From positions 352,001 to 402,834 of the forward strand of contig JBNGIO010006284.1 in the NCBI GenBank assembly GCA_049999805.1: a DNA stretch of 50,834 bases, given 5' to 3'. How positions within the stretch are numbered: position 1 is the stretch's first letter; every line of letters starts with the position of its first letter. Made by a program: the position numbers and the translations under genes. Shown here piece by piece: positions 22,720-34,042 of the stretch. Under the pieces are notes generated by a model. It was given only the letters and a program-made list of their open reading frames with translations, ran no database searches and had not been told where the DNA came from. The stretch comes from Folioceros fuciformis (Eukaryota).

Positions 22720-23493
22720 GTGAAAAACGTATGCACAACCCATATGTGATTTCCCTGCATTGCAATGCTCAAGTTGTTGTGCACAGGTGTGATAAGCCGG
22801 ATGCAATTCTACAGTTGTGCTTGGTCATCCACGTAGCACATATGTACCTCTATAAGAAGCAACCCCACGTCAAGATGTGCAGATTTGAGCAATGCATCTC
22901 GATATGTGCAAACAACCTCCTCGCAGCTTACACGTATCCATATCTTCTTGTCCGCAAGGTTGATGAAGACTAAATGATGTTGGGGAAGTGACCTAGCTGC
23001 ACAATTGATGATACTTGTTTCGTACATGGTAAAAGGGTCAGGAAGGCACTCTAGACAGGGTTGGGCAACATTTAAGTCTTCCTTTAGTTATAGGTCTTCA
23101 ACAATGACGGGATGACAAAACTTGGTTTAGTTTTATGTTCTTGTTGTCAGTTTGCAGGCAGGGTAATCAAGGTCCGAATGCATGTTTGGCTCAAGTAGAA
23201 GGGGCAAGGCCCGAATACATGTTTGGCTAAAGTAGAAGGGGTCTTTATGCCTTGATGAGAATGACATAAGTGGCAAGAGGAGCGCAAGCTTTGGATGCGA
23301 ATTAGGAAAGCTGAAGGCATGGGCATCCACATGGTTGGCTGGGGCCTAGTTCATGGTAGAGCCAAGCAGCTCTTAACTTCCATTCAAGGCTGCAATGAGA
23401 TGGCATCAATTCGCCCAATAATGTATTTTTTGTGTGCCCATTAAAAGCATGTGTTAGTGTGGGAGATGATCATGAGGGGAAGGAGTTGCACTC
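22720..23493 (+). pseudogene. Decayed, internally deleted duplicate of the DYW:KP PPR locus (upstream region plus one PPR coding fragment)
   Basis: 22720-23050 resembles 16845-17200. 23085-23370 resembles 17425-17740. 23380-23493 resembles PPR coding sequence 18978-19091 (shared catgaggggaaggagttgcact). Confidence 0.8.
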
Positions 23494-25987
23494 GCTCTGT
23501 GTAGGAAAAAGAAGACCCCTACATGGCCACGGGTAAAAGAAACCAATGCCCTACTCCCAACGGATCACGCCATTCCCATTCGTGAACTTCTCCATCTGTC
23601 AGGCCAAGAATTTGAGAAACAAAGGGTTCTCCGGTTCTATCCGTGCAGATAAGGTGGCATCGCTGTGCAAGCCTCCCGACAAAATGAGCCAGCCGTCCGG
23701 TGCAGGCGGATGCTCACATGCAGGTACAAAATGTAAGGGCAACGGAGGGCGTCTCTTGGTGCAAGGATGCTGTATGACGTCTCTCATAGGCCAATCCAGG
23801 AACCAGGCAGATATCCATCCCAACCCTGTTCTCTTGGCCTTTTTCCAGTAAATTTATCAGGTTCTCAGAGACGTCATGTGGGAGGTGCAGCCAAGGGCGT
23901 GCACCGCGCCGGCAGCAACAGGGCCAATGACAAGCACCCACAACAGGATGCACCCTTCTCTCTCCGTCCTATAAGTTAGCGCGCATTCAATTCCACGGAT
24001 TCTGCATGTTGCTCTGCCCTTCTCCCATCAGGATTTTGGCGTTTTGTCACACTTGTCACAGTCTTCAGCAGTCGGCAGGCCGCTTTGCTTGTTTGGAAAG
24101 CTCCCAAGATAGTATTCTTTTTTCCCGCGCTGCCAAGTGTGTCTACGGCGACATGCCACCCTCCAGAATGGCACACAGACGATGCATTTCGTGCAAGGTA
24201 TGTACACACCTGCATTGTACTGTATGTGCATCAGCACCAGCAGTTGCTGTGTAGCACATACGTACAGTCCTCTGCACGTGGTGCGTGGCTGGAGGATATC
24301 CTCCCTCAGCTGGAGCAGGCTTAGACTCCGTTCTTTCTTCTTGTGGAAGCTGTGTGTGTGACAGTCCACAACGTTTTGAATTCGTGGTGTGTGTTCAATG
24401 CAATCCTGAAAATTCTTAGCCCAGCAGCTGGACACTTTCTCGAAAGTTGTTGGTGGGGGCAGTCCGGTTTCTCCATGACATCTCCTATCCTACACTTCCC
24501 ACACAACGATAACGGGAGTCCAGTCCCTCTGGCTTCCATGGATGGCTTTTCCATGATCGTGGGACAGGACGACGGATTCTTCCTTTCCATCTTTTCCATT
24601 CAATAAAATTCTTATCACACTTCTTTTCCAAAGGGATTCCGGGGGGAACGTTGTGCACTGCAACTTTGCACGCTGCACATGGCTCACTTTGGTCTGCCAA
24701 CGCCAACAACACTCCATCCAAAAGATATACATGTAGACCCAGAACGAGCCAGAAGCCGGGCCACCTGGTGTCCGGACTCGGATCGTGATTCAAGCATGTT
24801 GGAACTTAGGACCTGGTCCTGTACATCTATGTATTTTTGGTACATAAATACTGTAGTGCGGTAGGCCCGCCTCATCCACACCGCTTTGCGCCGTCGGTTT
24901 TCTTCACTATCCGGACTGCCGGCCTCGCGTTACCGTGCCGTTACGTACACGTTAGATACGTACATACATATGGATGATTGTACATACATACTGTATGTAG
25001 TATGCATAACGTAAGGGCGAGAGGGACAGGGGATGAGACGATGACTGATGAGGCCAACGGGTGATGCAGACACTGGCGGGCCCCACTTCCTAGAGCGTGT
25101 AGCGTGGAGGCTTATCCAGGAATGTCGATTCCCGAAACAGGCTCTGATTTCGATGCCCTTATTTACGGACCAACAAACCTGCTTGTCACAAGGCTTCCTC
25201 CAGTCTGGAGTTATGTCTCGGTCTCTGATAGATGATACCGCATAATCTCTCACTTTCTTGTCTCGCTGTCTCTCAGGGAGAGACTCGTAAACATCTTCTT
25301 AAATCTTTCCTCTCTCGTAGACGAATATCCCCCGGAATCCTGAAAGAAACTCGTGACATCCCTCCCCGCAGCCTAAACAGACACTTGACAACAAGACATG
25401 TTTTCATGAGACTGCTACGCAGCCTGCAAGTGGCCTTCGGGTTCTGAGAAGTGGGCGGAGGGCATTTTCTTACGTCAACAGTTGCCACTTTTGTATCTGG
25501 AATTATCCTTGAGAGGGCCCAGTTTGAGAAGCCGGTTGTGAGTCACCTTCACCGGATGAAATAGAATGATGCCGCGGCATCGGAATCTGTCCACTTGAAT
25601 ATGAGCGCCTCCTTGGCTCCAGTACCCATGCCGTCTGTTTTTGACTGCGAGCGCTTCCAAGGGTGGTGGCAGAGAGCACAAGCCCGGCAGATCCAGGAGG
25701 TGGAATTGACAGGTTGGGGACGCAGGGCCCAGGGCCAGGTCCCACGAAGAAAGGCTGATCACTTCCGGCAGTGACAATGTGCGGGAGGGGCGAACAGTAG
25801 TAAGATAGAAGAGAGAGCAAAGCGGGCACGGAAGGCCGGCAGGCACTAAAGCCTTGAAAAGCCTCTGCGAGGAACTGGAAACGAGCAGCCTTTGGATGCG
25901 CGGGTAGGGGACAATGGAGCTTTGAATTTCCTGCAAGGAGGAGGGAAAATTGGCATCTCAAGGGAAGTTTTTGAGGAAGAGGGTGGC

Positions 25988-27008
25988 ATGATGGGCTCAC
26001 AGAGAGTGGGAGAAGAGTCTGCGGGGTCGGCCGCGATGGGTGTGAGGGGGCCGGGGGCTTGTAGGAAAGCTATGAAACCCTCGGGGCTGTCTGTGGTGGT
26101 GCTGGCGTCGGATCTGGCTGTGGATGCGCATTCCTTGGGCCTACACGCTGCGCCGTCTCCCTGCTCCAGCACCGCATCCGACGCATGCTCGGAAGACTTC
26201 GACAATGACGACTTCCTGGACTTGGAGGAGCTCGAATTCCTGCGCTTCGAGGGCGTGGACAAGGAGGGCCGCCAAATTGTGCGCCTTGTCGGCAAGTTTC
26301 TCCCAGGTATGTATTAGTTCAGTCTGGTTGCTGGAGTCTTGCAATGCTGGTGACGGGATGTCCTCCTGGTGAAGCAAGGTTGTTGGTCTTACGTGCCCGC
26401 CCGTCCTGCCTGCCGCCTGCAGCTACTGTTGTGGACGGCAGAAGGCTCAAGGCCTTCGTTCAGCGAAAGATTGTGCAGCAGCTCAAGGACGGTCCATTCT
26501 GTCTCGTATACTTCCACTCCAATGTCCAGAGTGGGGACAACTCCCCAGGAATGTTCACTTTGAGGTCCATATACGAGTCTTTTCCGTGCGAGTATAAGCA
26601 GAGGCTTGAAGTGGTGTACTTCCTGCACCCCGGCCTGCGCTCTCGCCTGTTGCTTGGCACATTCGGAAGGTTTTTCTTGACTGAGAGGTGTGCTTGGCCT
26701 CCTCCCCACTCCTATGCAAAGATGGCTATTCTTTCCGTTTGCACATAGTTCTTAGCTTCGCGTCCTTGGGGTCCTGCAGGCTCTACTGGAAGATTCAGTA
26801 TGTGAGCCGCCTGGAGTTCCTGTGGGACCACATCAGAAAGGGGCAAGTGCAAGTCCCTGAGCATGTCATTGAGCACGACCAAGAGCTTGAGACCAGGCCC
26901 CTCATGGACTACGGCTTGGAAACAGATCCTTTGCAAAATGCTGACCTGCCAGCCACGGGTGCCAGCCTTGCTTTCAACAGATACTCTAGTTCATATGCCT
27001 ACAGGTGA
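25988..27008 (+). CDS. CRAL-TRIO/BCH (Sec14-like) domain protein, GDAP2-like
   Basis: Inferred exons 25988-26306, 26423-26687, 26780-27008, in phase. Motifs GVDKEGRQIVRLVGKFLPA, FCLVYFHSNV, DNSPG, LEVVYFLHPGLRSRL, YWKIQYVSRLEFLW, VPEHVIEHDQELETRPLMDYGLE. Start codon uncertain. Confidence 0.85.
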
Positions 27009-28375
27009 AATAGTCTGTGTCATGTGCATACTTGTCTTCCCGGTGTGTATCTCTGCAAACAACTACAGTTCGAGGAGACCGCACTCATTTGTGAAATTCG
27101 TTCCCTTGACGCGCAGGTAACAGAACTTGACGACCAGCCATGGCCAGACACATCGAAGTATGTGTGGTATTATCCCTTGTATCATAGAGGGGCCACAGAC
27201 CCCTAAACAGTCATCATCACTGTCCATTGAATATGGCATGCTCAGTTCGCGCTCATACTGCAGAATTGATAGATTGCTTTCTGCCATGTCTGGAATAGAA
27301 GTGCTAGCACCAGCAGCAGATGATCCCTTGTCCTTGCGAAACTTCCTTTCTCTGCACTCAGGACTGTACAAAGTGGAAATATGCAGCGTGTTGTGACTTC
27401 TTTGCACAAAAAGTAAATATACAGGGTTCTTTTTGTCAATTGCGCATACAATAATCTGTTCACGACGTTGTTCAGTGTGGTCTGGCCTGCGATTCCGACT
27501 TTAAGTACTGAAGTTCATTTCCCACATCAGCTGTTCAAAATCATATCAACAGGGAGGAAACTGTGAAGTGTTAACCTCGCTTTCCCACATTAGGTGTTCA
27601 ACATCAAAGCAGCAGTGACGAGTAGGTGGACGCAGGAACACGGCACTGCAGCAAACCATATCCGCTTAATCAATGCCAATCTTGACTGCACGCTACTAGC
27701 AACGTCCGGAAATGGCACTCGTCCGTCCACCGCTGTGCAAGTTTGCAAAGCAACGTCAATGGTCCTGCACCGTCAGCCCTGTCCCTGGTGGTTCCTTCAA
27801 CCTTGTTGCGTGTCCCTTAAGAAGTAATGGAGACCAGATCTTGCTGGCCGTCTTCCTTTAACTTTGGCACACCGTAGGCTCGATGCAATCTACACATACA
27901 ACCGGGGGGCAGAAAAAGAAAAGAAAGGGAACGTCCTGCAACTCAGAAACCATCTCCGACAATCAGTAAAAAAAGAATCAAACATCCAGCAGGGAACTCT
28001 AAGCTGTACAAGTGTTGAGATTATGTATTGAATCGGTCTCTCTTCGAAAGTAAGGGTAGAGGGTGCAACACAGAGTGACTTGCCTTCTCAAGGCTTCAAG
28101 GCTCACAATAAGACAGCATAGCCTCAGGATCTGCATTGCCTGAAGTTTTAAGAATTCCTAAACCTATCACAAAACATTCCGATCTCCACATCTATCCACA
28201 GGTAGATCTTCAAGTAGCATAATGCCCCTTCATGCATTCAAAATCGCAAGATTCCTGAACCCGGCCAGCTTAGTCTTCCCACCAAAAAAACAAAATAAAG
28301 GAGAAACAGGTTCATCATCCCGCAACAACGAAACTCCAACTCGATCCTCACGCTTCCACAGCAAGGGCAGTACGC

Positions 28376-28924
28376 TCAAAACGAGGGAGCCGGCATGAGA
28401 GCCTCAGCGTCCTTTTCCTCCGGCAACCTCACCACAACTACAGGCACGTCGCAATGGTGCACGCAGTAGTCACTGACACTCCCAAGGCGTGCCTTCCTGG
28501 AGCGCTTGGCCGCGCCGAAGCCCCGGCTTCCCATGATCACGGAAGCAGCTCCCAGGCGCTCCACTTCCAAGCAAATACGCTCCTTCATGTCGTGGTCCTT
28601 GACGATATGAATCTTGTGAGGAATTTTGGCTTCCACAAGCGGCTTGGCCAGATCGTCCGCCTTAGACGCAGTGAGTGCCTCAAATTCATCCTCCAGTCGC
28701 TGCTGCTGCGCTGGCGATGCGTTCTTCTGACCCGGCTCCGACGCAGGCCCCCAATCCGCCCCGTACAGCACGCTTGTCGGCCGCACATGCAGCAGAATCA
28801 CATGGTCGCCGGGTCGCAGGTAGTTCGCCACGGCCCAGCGTACTGCGTACGCGCTCTCATCGCTCAGATCCACAGGTATGACGATCTTTCGATCCGAACT
28901 CGGCACCGACCCTGACAGTGGCAT
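28376..28924 (-). CDS. Universal stress protein A-like (PHOS32/PHOS34-like), intronless
   Basis: RKIVIPVDLSDESAYAVRWAV, LLHVRPTSVLYGADWG, KIHIVKDHDMKERICLEVERLG, IMGSRGFG, LGSVSDYCVHHC. ATG at 28924. Confidence 0.93.
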   Translation of the reverse strand: MPLSGSVPSSDRKIVIPVDLSDESAYAVRWAVANYLRPGDHVILLHVRPTSVLYGADWGPASEPGQKNASPAQQQRLEDEFEALTASKADDLAKPLVEAKIPHKIHIVKDHDMKERICLEVERLGAASVIMGSRGFGAAKRSRKARLGSVSDYCVHHCDVPVVVVRLPEEKDAEALMPAPSF

Positions 28925-29639
28925 TTCTCCAGATCCTGCCTCCTGGCCTCCTTTCTCCACTACTTTCAGCTGCACAATCCTCCACACCCGCCGCACCGAC
29001 TCTCCTCACAGGCCACGATCCGAAGCAAACCCTGTGTGCAAGGGCTTCACAATCTCCCAAAATGCCCCAGGTCGCAGTGGTACATTCTGGAATCCTGGAT
29101 GCTTGTCCCATCACCATTCACCTAATTTACATTTTGCGGCTTGGCCCTCCGTTTACGCTTCTCTAAAGCTCTAAATTGGATGGAGACGCGCGCACCCCGC
29201 CGTGCCGCCGGACCCTTTCCGACAGGACTTGGAGAAAGGCAAAATAAATTAAATACGACTAAACATATCACATAGGCGACAGTTTCATATCGACATACAC
29301 CTGCTTCTGCCTTCTACCAGCACTTGCACCACAGCACCCGGGAGGGAGAAAAAGCCACGATCATGTGACGATGGAAATCGAGTGACTTGGCTGTAGAGAG
29401 ACTTGCATCAGATTACACCCTGCAAATGCTGCAAGCTCTGTCTGGCCCGCCAACGCAGCCCTGCTTCCACCGTTTCTGAGGCACATTGCAGGTCTGCACC
29501 AGAGCCCCGTCTCATGGAGCTGGTCATCCCTGGCAGGTAGGCTGGCCCAAGTCCATGACCCGGCCAGATCACACTGGCTAGTTCTTCGTCATTCTCGTAA
29601 AGTATGTCATCCTGTTCCTTCTCACACCCTGAATTCAGC

Positions 29640-31250
29640 ACGACTGTGATCCAGGCACGTGCCCTCCTCCATGCTGTGGCCAGTGCAGCTTTCTGATCAC
29701 CATTCTCTGTGTTTCAAGCCTGTGTACATCGCTCCACCTTCCAGCCTTTGCATAGGTATTCGCCATGAGCACATAGGCGGGCCCACAATGCAGGGCCAGC
29801 CTAACAAAGCTTTCGAGACACCACATCCTCGTCTCTATATCCCCGTGACTCCCGCAGGCATTCAATAAGGACGTCAAGCCCACAACATTACTTTGACTCT
29901 CATCTGATAATGGCATCTTCCCTGCCTCATCCAAATGACCTGCACAGCCAAGAAGATCAATCATGCAATTGAAATGTTCAAGAGTAGGTTTGATGCCATG
30001 CTGTCCAGCCATGGAATTAAGAGCTTGCGAACCCGATGGACCAGTCCCTCATGCCAGGCAGATCCATCATCCTCATCCAAGTGCCCAAAGCAGTCAGATA
30101 GTTCACAAATTACTGAACATGGTCAGCCAAAATTAGCCCCTCCTGCTCCATTTGTGTTACAGGAGGATAATCGCCTTATATCCAAGCCGTCGCTGGGCAT
30201 ATCCAGCTATTAGGGCAGTCCATGTCATCGCATCCTTCTTGTCCATGTTGTCAAAAACCTGGCGTGCATCTTCCCGTTCACCACATTTTGCGTGCTCAGA
30301 TATGACTGCATTCCATTTCACCACATCCTTTATGGCCAACCTATCGAAAATTAGGCATGCAGTTTCTAGACTACCACATTTAGAACACATTCCCACCAGG
30401 TAGTGCGTTATCAGCAGTTCTCTTTCAACAATCTGTGAGTGCAACTTACACAGGTCTTCAGAAGGCAAGCAAAAGCAACATGGTAAGCCGAAACGACGCC
30501 ATCCTGCTTAATTGTCCACAGAGAACAAGATCCTCATACCCAGATATCAGGGGAGTTCATGTCCCCACATTTCCAGTGTTCATGCTGTCAACAACATGGC
30601 GTGGTCTTTCAGTTCCCCACATTCCCCGTACATTTCCAACAGGCAGTTGCCAACAAAAAAAAACTGAGTAGGAAATGGCACCCTACAACACATCGAAGTG
30701 CACTTTTCTGCCAGATACTACGCCAGCCACAAATGCACAACCTTGAAGGGCAGGGCAGCAACAAAAAATGTGACCATTCGCCTTCACTCCAGACCTCGCA
30801 TCTCATGGTGCAGATGTGTAGCATCATTCGATTTCTTATGTTTAGCATGTGCAGAGATTATGGACCCCCACGTGATAACATCTGGTTTGCCTCACAAGGT
30901 GAATACATACGTCGGCGTCCTTCCTCTATCATACCACGAAATGAGCAAGTATACATTCGACTCGTACCCAAGTTCGACATCAAGATCATGAACCACAACC
31001 AAATCCTTCTCAGTTGGACACAGTTCCAGCACAGTGCAAAACAAATTCAGAGAATTAACAGAGTCTGTCTGCGCACCACGAGCCATCTGCATATCTCAGG
31101 AAACGAGCTGCTCATCAACCCAAGCTGGCCTGGAGATGCTGTTCGACCACAGCACCTCTCGGGACCCCTCTCCCGGATGTTGGGCAAAAGGGAAGCCTTC
31201 TTCGTCTCGTCTCTTGTCCCTCGACATGGTGGGCTCCAGAAAACAAGACT
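29640..31250 (-). pseudogene. Degenerate PLS-E PPR pseudogene
   Basis: Frame-shifted, collinear fragments: N-terminal L motif (LFCTVLELCPTEKDL...LGYESNVYL), S/P motifs (LVGMCSKCGSLETACLIFDRLAIKDVVKWNAVI; WTALIAGYAQ), and S2-E1-E2 (HGIKPTLEHFNCMIDLLGCAGHLDEA...LLNACGSHGD...AYVLMANTYAKAGRW). Confidence 0.85.
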
Positions 31251-31356
31251 TGCCACTGGTGCTCCATTTATTTTAGTTTAAGGTTTTTTACAGAGCGAAA
31301 ATAGGGTTCCTCTCAGTTGGCTAGCATGACCGGGTAAACCATACGTTTTCTTCCCC

Positions 31357-31457
31357 AGCTGGAACTCCTTTGGGCTCCCAGAGCTGGAACCCCTTGCGTT
31401 CCCAAAGCTGGAACCCCTTGAGCTCCCTGAGCTGGAGCCCCTTGAGCTCCTAGAGCT
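31357..31457. repeat. Minisatellite, ~24 bp x4
   Basis: Unit agctggaaccccttgagctccc(a/t)g with substitutions. Confidence 0.85.
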
Positions 31458-32418
31458 TTCAATTCCTGGAGCCGAGACATAAGTTGTCTACAGTGCTTAG
31501 ATGGAAGTGACCTGTAGAGACAATCACTTGGCTCGTGGATCGCACAAGGAATAGTTGGTCAGCCAAGTGATTGTCTCTACAGGCGAAGCTAGAGTACCAA
31601 CTCTCCCATCCTTGTTCGGGAGACCTAAAGTCCTTCTTCATGGATAGTTTGGGGCAGCTCATACCCTTCCCAATTTTAGCAGCACTGCTTCTAACCCATC
31701 AATTTTTTTATCATAAGATTAAGGCCTCACACAGTCACTCTAATCCAGAAAGTATCTTGTAATAAATTTTTTATTAAAGCATATATTCCTTTTTTCTAAA
31801 TACCTATCAAAGTACATAATCTTCTTTTCCTATTCAAGAGTTTTGAATCCTGCTTGAACAAATGGGATATTTGGAGAGTGAGTTATTATCTCTCTGTGGT
31901 TGTAAAACAAGAAATCTATATAAATTTGAAGCGTCCACACACTTGGGATAAGCATGGGTCTTCTTAGACTCTCCTATAACCCAAGATTCTTGTGAACCAT
32001 GACTTCTATGAATCCATGAGCAATTAGGACTAGGGTCATAAAATTGCTTTTGCTAAGACTCTCACACGATATGCTAACAATAGAGCATGGTGCATACAAT
32101 TTGCTTTTAATAATAGTTAAAATCTACATAAGGCCCTCATGTGACTATAAACATACACTTATGAGGAGGATAGACTTAATCTTAGAATGAGGACAAGCAT
32201 CTTGCAAGCTATATTACTATTCTAGAAGTGAGTCAAGTGAGGATTTAGAGTTTTCTTTTGACAAAGATAAGATCACTTCGCAGATCTATATAAGTAGTGC
32301 ACAACAAGCCGAAGGGAATGAGTTCGAAGCTGTCTTTCTAGGTACCCATTTCCCTATCCTCAAAAAAGAGTGTGGCTTACTTATCTCCTCTAGCACACTC
32401 CCACTCTCAACTCCCTTT

Positions 32419-32680
32419 AGAATTCTAGAGCATAGAGGCTTGTCAAGAATGTAGCTTAAGTGCTTACCTTTGGAATTCTAGACTATAGAGGCTTGTCAAG
32501 AATGTAGCTCAAAGTGCTTACCTTTGGAATTCTACACTGTAGAGGCTATAGGCAGGTGCCTTAAGTCTTATCTTGTCAAGAATGTAGCTCAAGTGCTTAG
32601 CTCAGGAACCCCGGATTCTTGAGGATGAAGGTAGCTCAAAGTGCTTGCATGCCCTTGGAATTCTAGACTCTAGAAGCTGA
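32419..32680. repeat. Degenerate tandem repeat, ~53-bp unit, about 2.5 clear copies plus fragments
   Basis: gaattctagactatagaggcttgtcaagaatgtagctcaaagtgcttacctttg and variants recur. Confidence 0.8.
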
Positions 32681-34042
32681 GGTCACTAGGTGTCAAGAAT
32701 ACCATGATCCACCACCACCACCACGTGTGCCCAAGATATTGCCTACTTACGGTCGTCACTGCCTTGGCCGGGGCATGGAGACTGTCCATGCGCTCTAAAC
32801 AAAGGAGACCGGGCTAATCCTTAAAGAAGATGTTAAAATTCTACACAGAACGGGGAAGAAGCTACATCCTTCCTTACCGGGCTCAGGAAATAGAGCAGTT
32901 GGTACAAAGTGATAAATGCGGAGGTGAAGGTGATGACGCTGCGTGGCGATGGGCGTGTGACAATTTAAACCTTTGTTTCTTATTACACACGTTGCACATG
33001 GAAGGTGTGATGGATCCGGTTTCAGAATAAACGCTTGCTGATGGGGGCCTGACTGTGGTCCTTGTCAGAGGCACGCTGTATAGATGTCACCCATGGCCAA
33101 CGGTATGACCTCAGATTGCGCAGAAGCTGTGTTGGCCGATACGAGCTGGCTGTGTCTAGCTGGTCCCCGGTGCTTGTGAAATTGGAGCGTGCAGCCATAG
33201 TTCATTCCAAGGCTTCTCGTACACGCACAGGCGAAATTGGGTGGTAGCAGATCGACTGCCCAGTTTCGTCAGGCTCCGGCCTGGAGAGAAGGCAAGCTTT
33301 TCTGTCTGTGGCCTGCAGGCCGTGAGGCTCAGCACACGGGCTGCACTTGTTAGCGGACAGGCAGGAAGCTGAAGGACGGGTCCCGGTTGCGGTGGCCGGA
33401 GGAGAATTTGAACACGCTCAGGACGTGCTGCACAATTCTGCGAGGCTGCATCTTGTGCGGAATTTGCAGGAAGAACGTGCTGGGCTCCAGGTTTGGGAGT
33501 GGGGAGTGTGTCTGGAGGGAGGGAGCTGGGTTTAGCTTGGAAGTGGGTACGAGTTGCCTGTTTTGGCAGATTCTGATACCGGTGTAGCCGTGCCCTGGCG
33601 TGGGATGTGGCGAGCTGGTCCGTTTTTCTCGGCAAGGCTGTGGACCTGGGTGGTGGAGGCTCCGGATTTTGGAAGTGAAGGAGCTATTTCCGCAAGCAAG
33701 CAAGCTCGTGAGATTTCCCGTTCCCGTGCTTTTCTCTCTGTGGGGTTCAGTGTTGGGAGGCCGTGTGGCTTGGCTTGCTGGCTTTCCGCGTCTGGGAGCG
33801 ACCAGCTCTGTGTCGCTTTCTCTTAATTCGTGCGCGAGTGCGTTGTTGATGGGTTTGGAATTTGAGTGCTGTCAGAGTTCGTTGATGAAAAGTTCGGTTG
33901 CTTGGTGCTTATGTTGCGTGGGTGGGTGCGTACAGGCCTCGGGATCGTGGGATACCGAGATTGTCATTTCTCTATATATGTGGGAGGGAATTGAAGTTTT
34001 CTGAAGGCGTTGCAGAATTGTGAGGAACGTACAAGGATCAGA

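Noticed and set aside
31357-32680. CRISPR-like arrays
   Set aside because: The units are adjacent and degenerate with no unique spacers, the context is eukaryotic and there are no cas genes.
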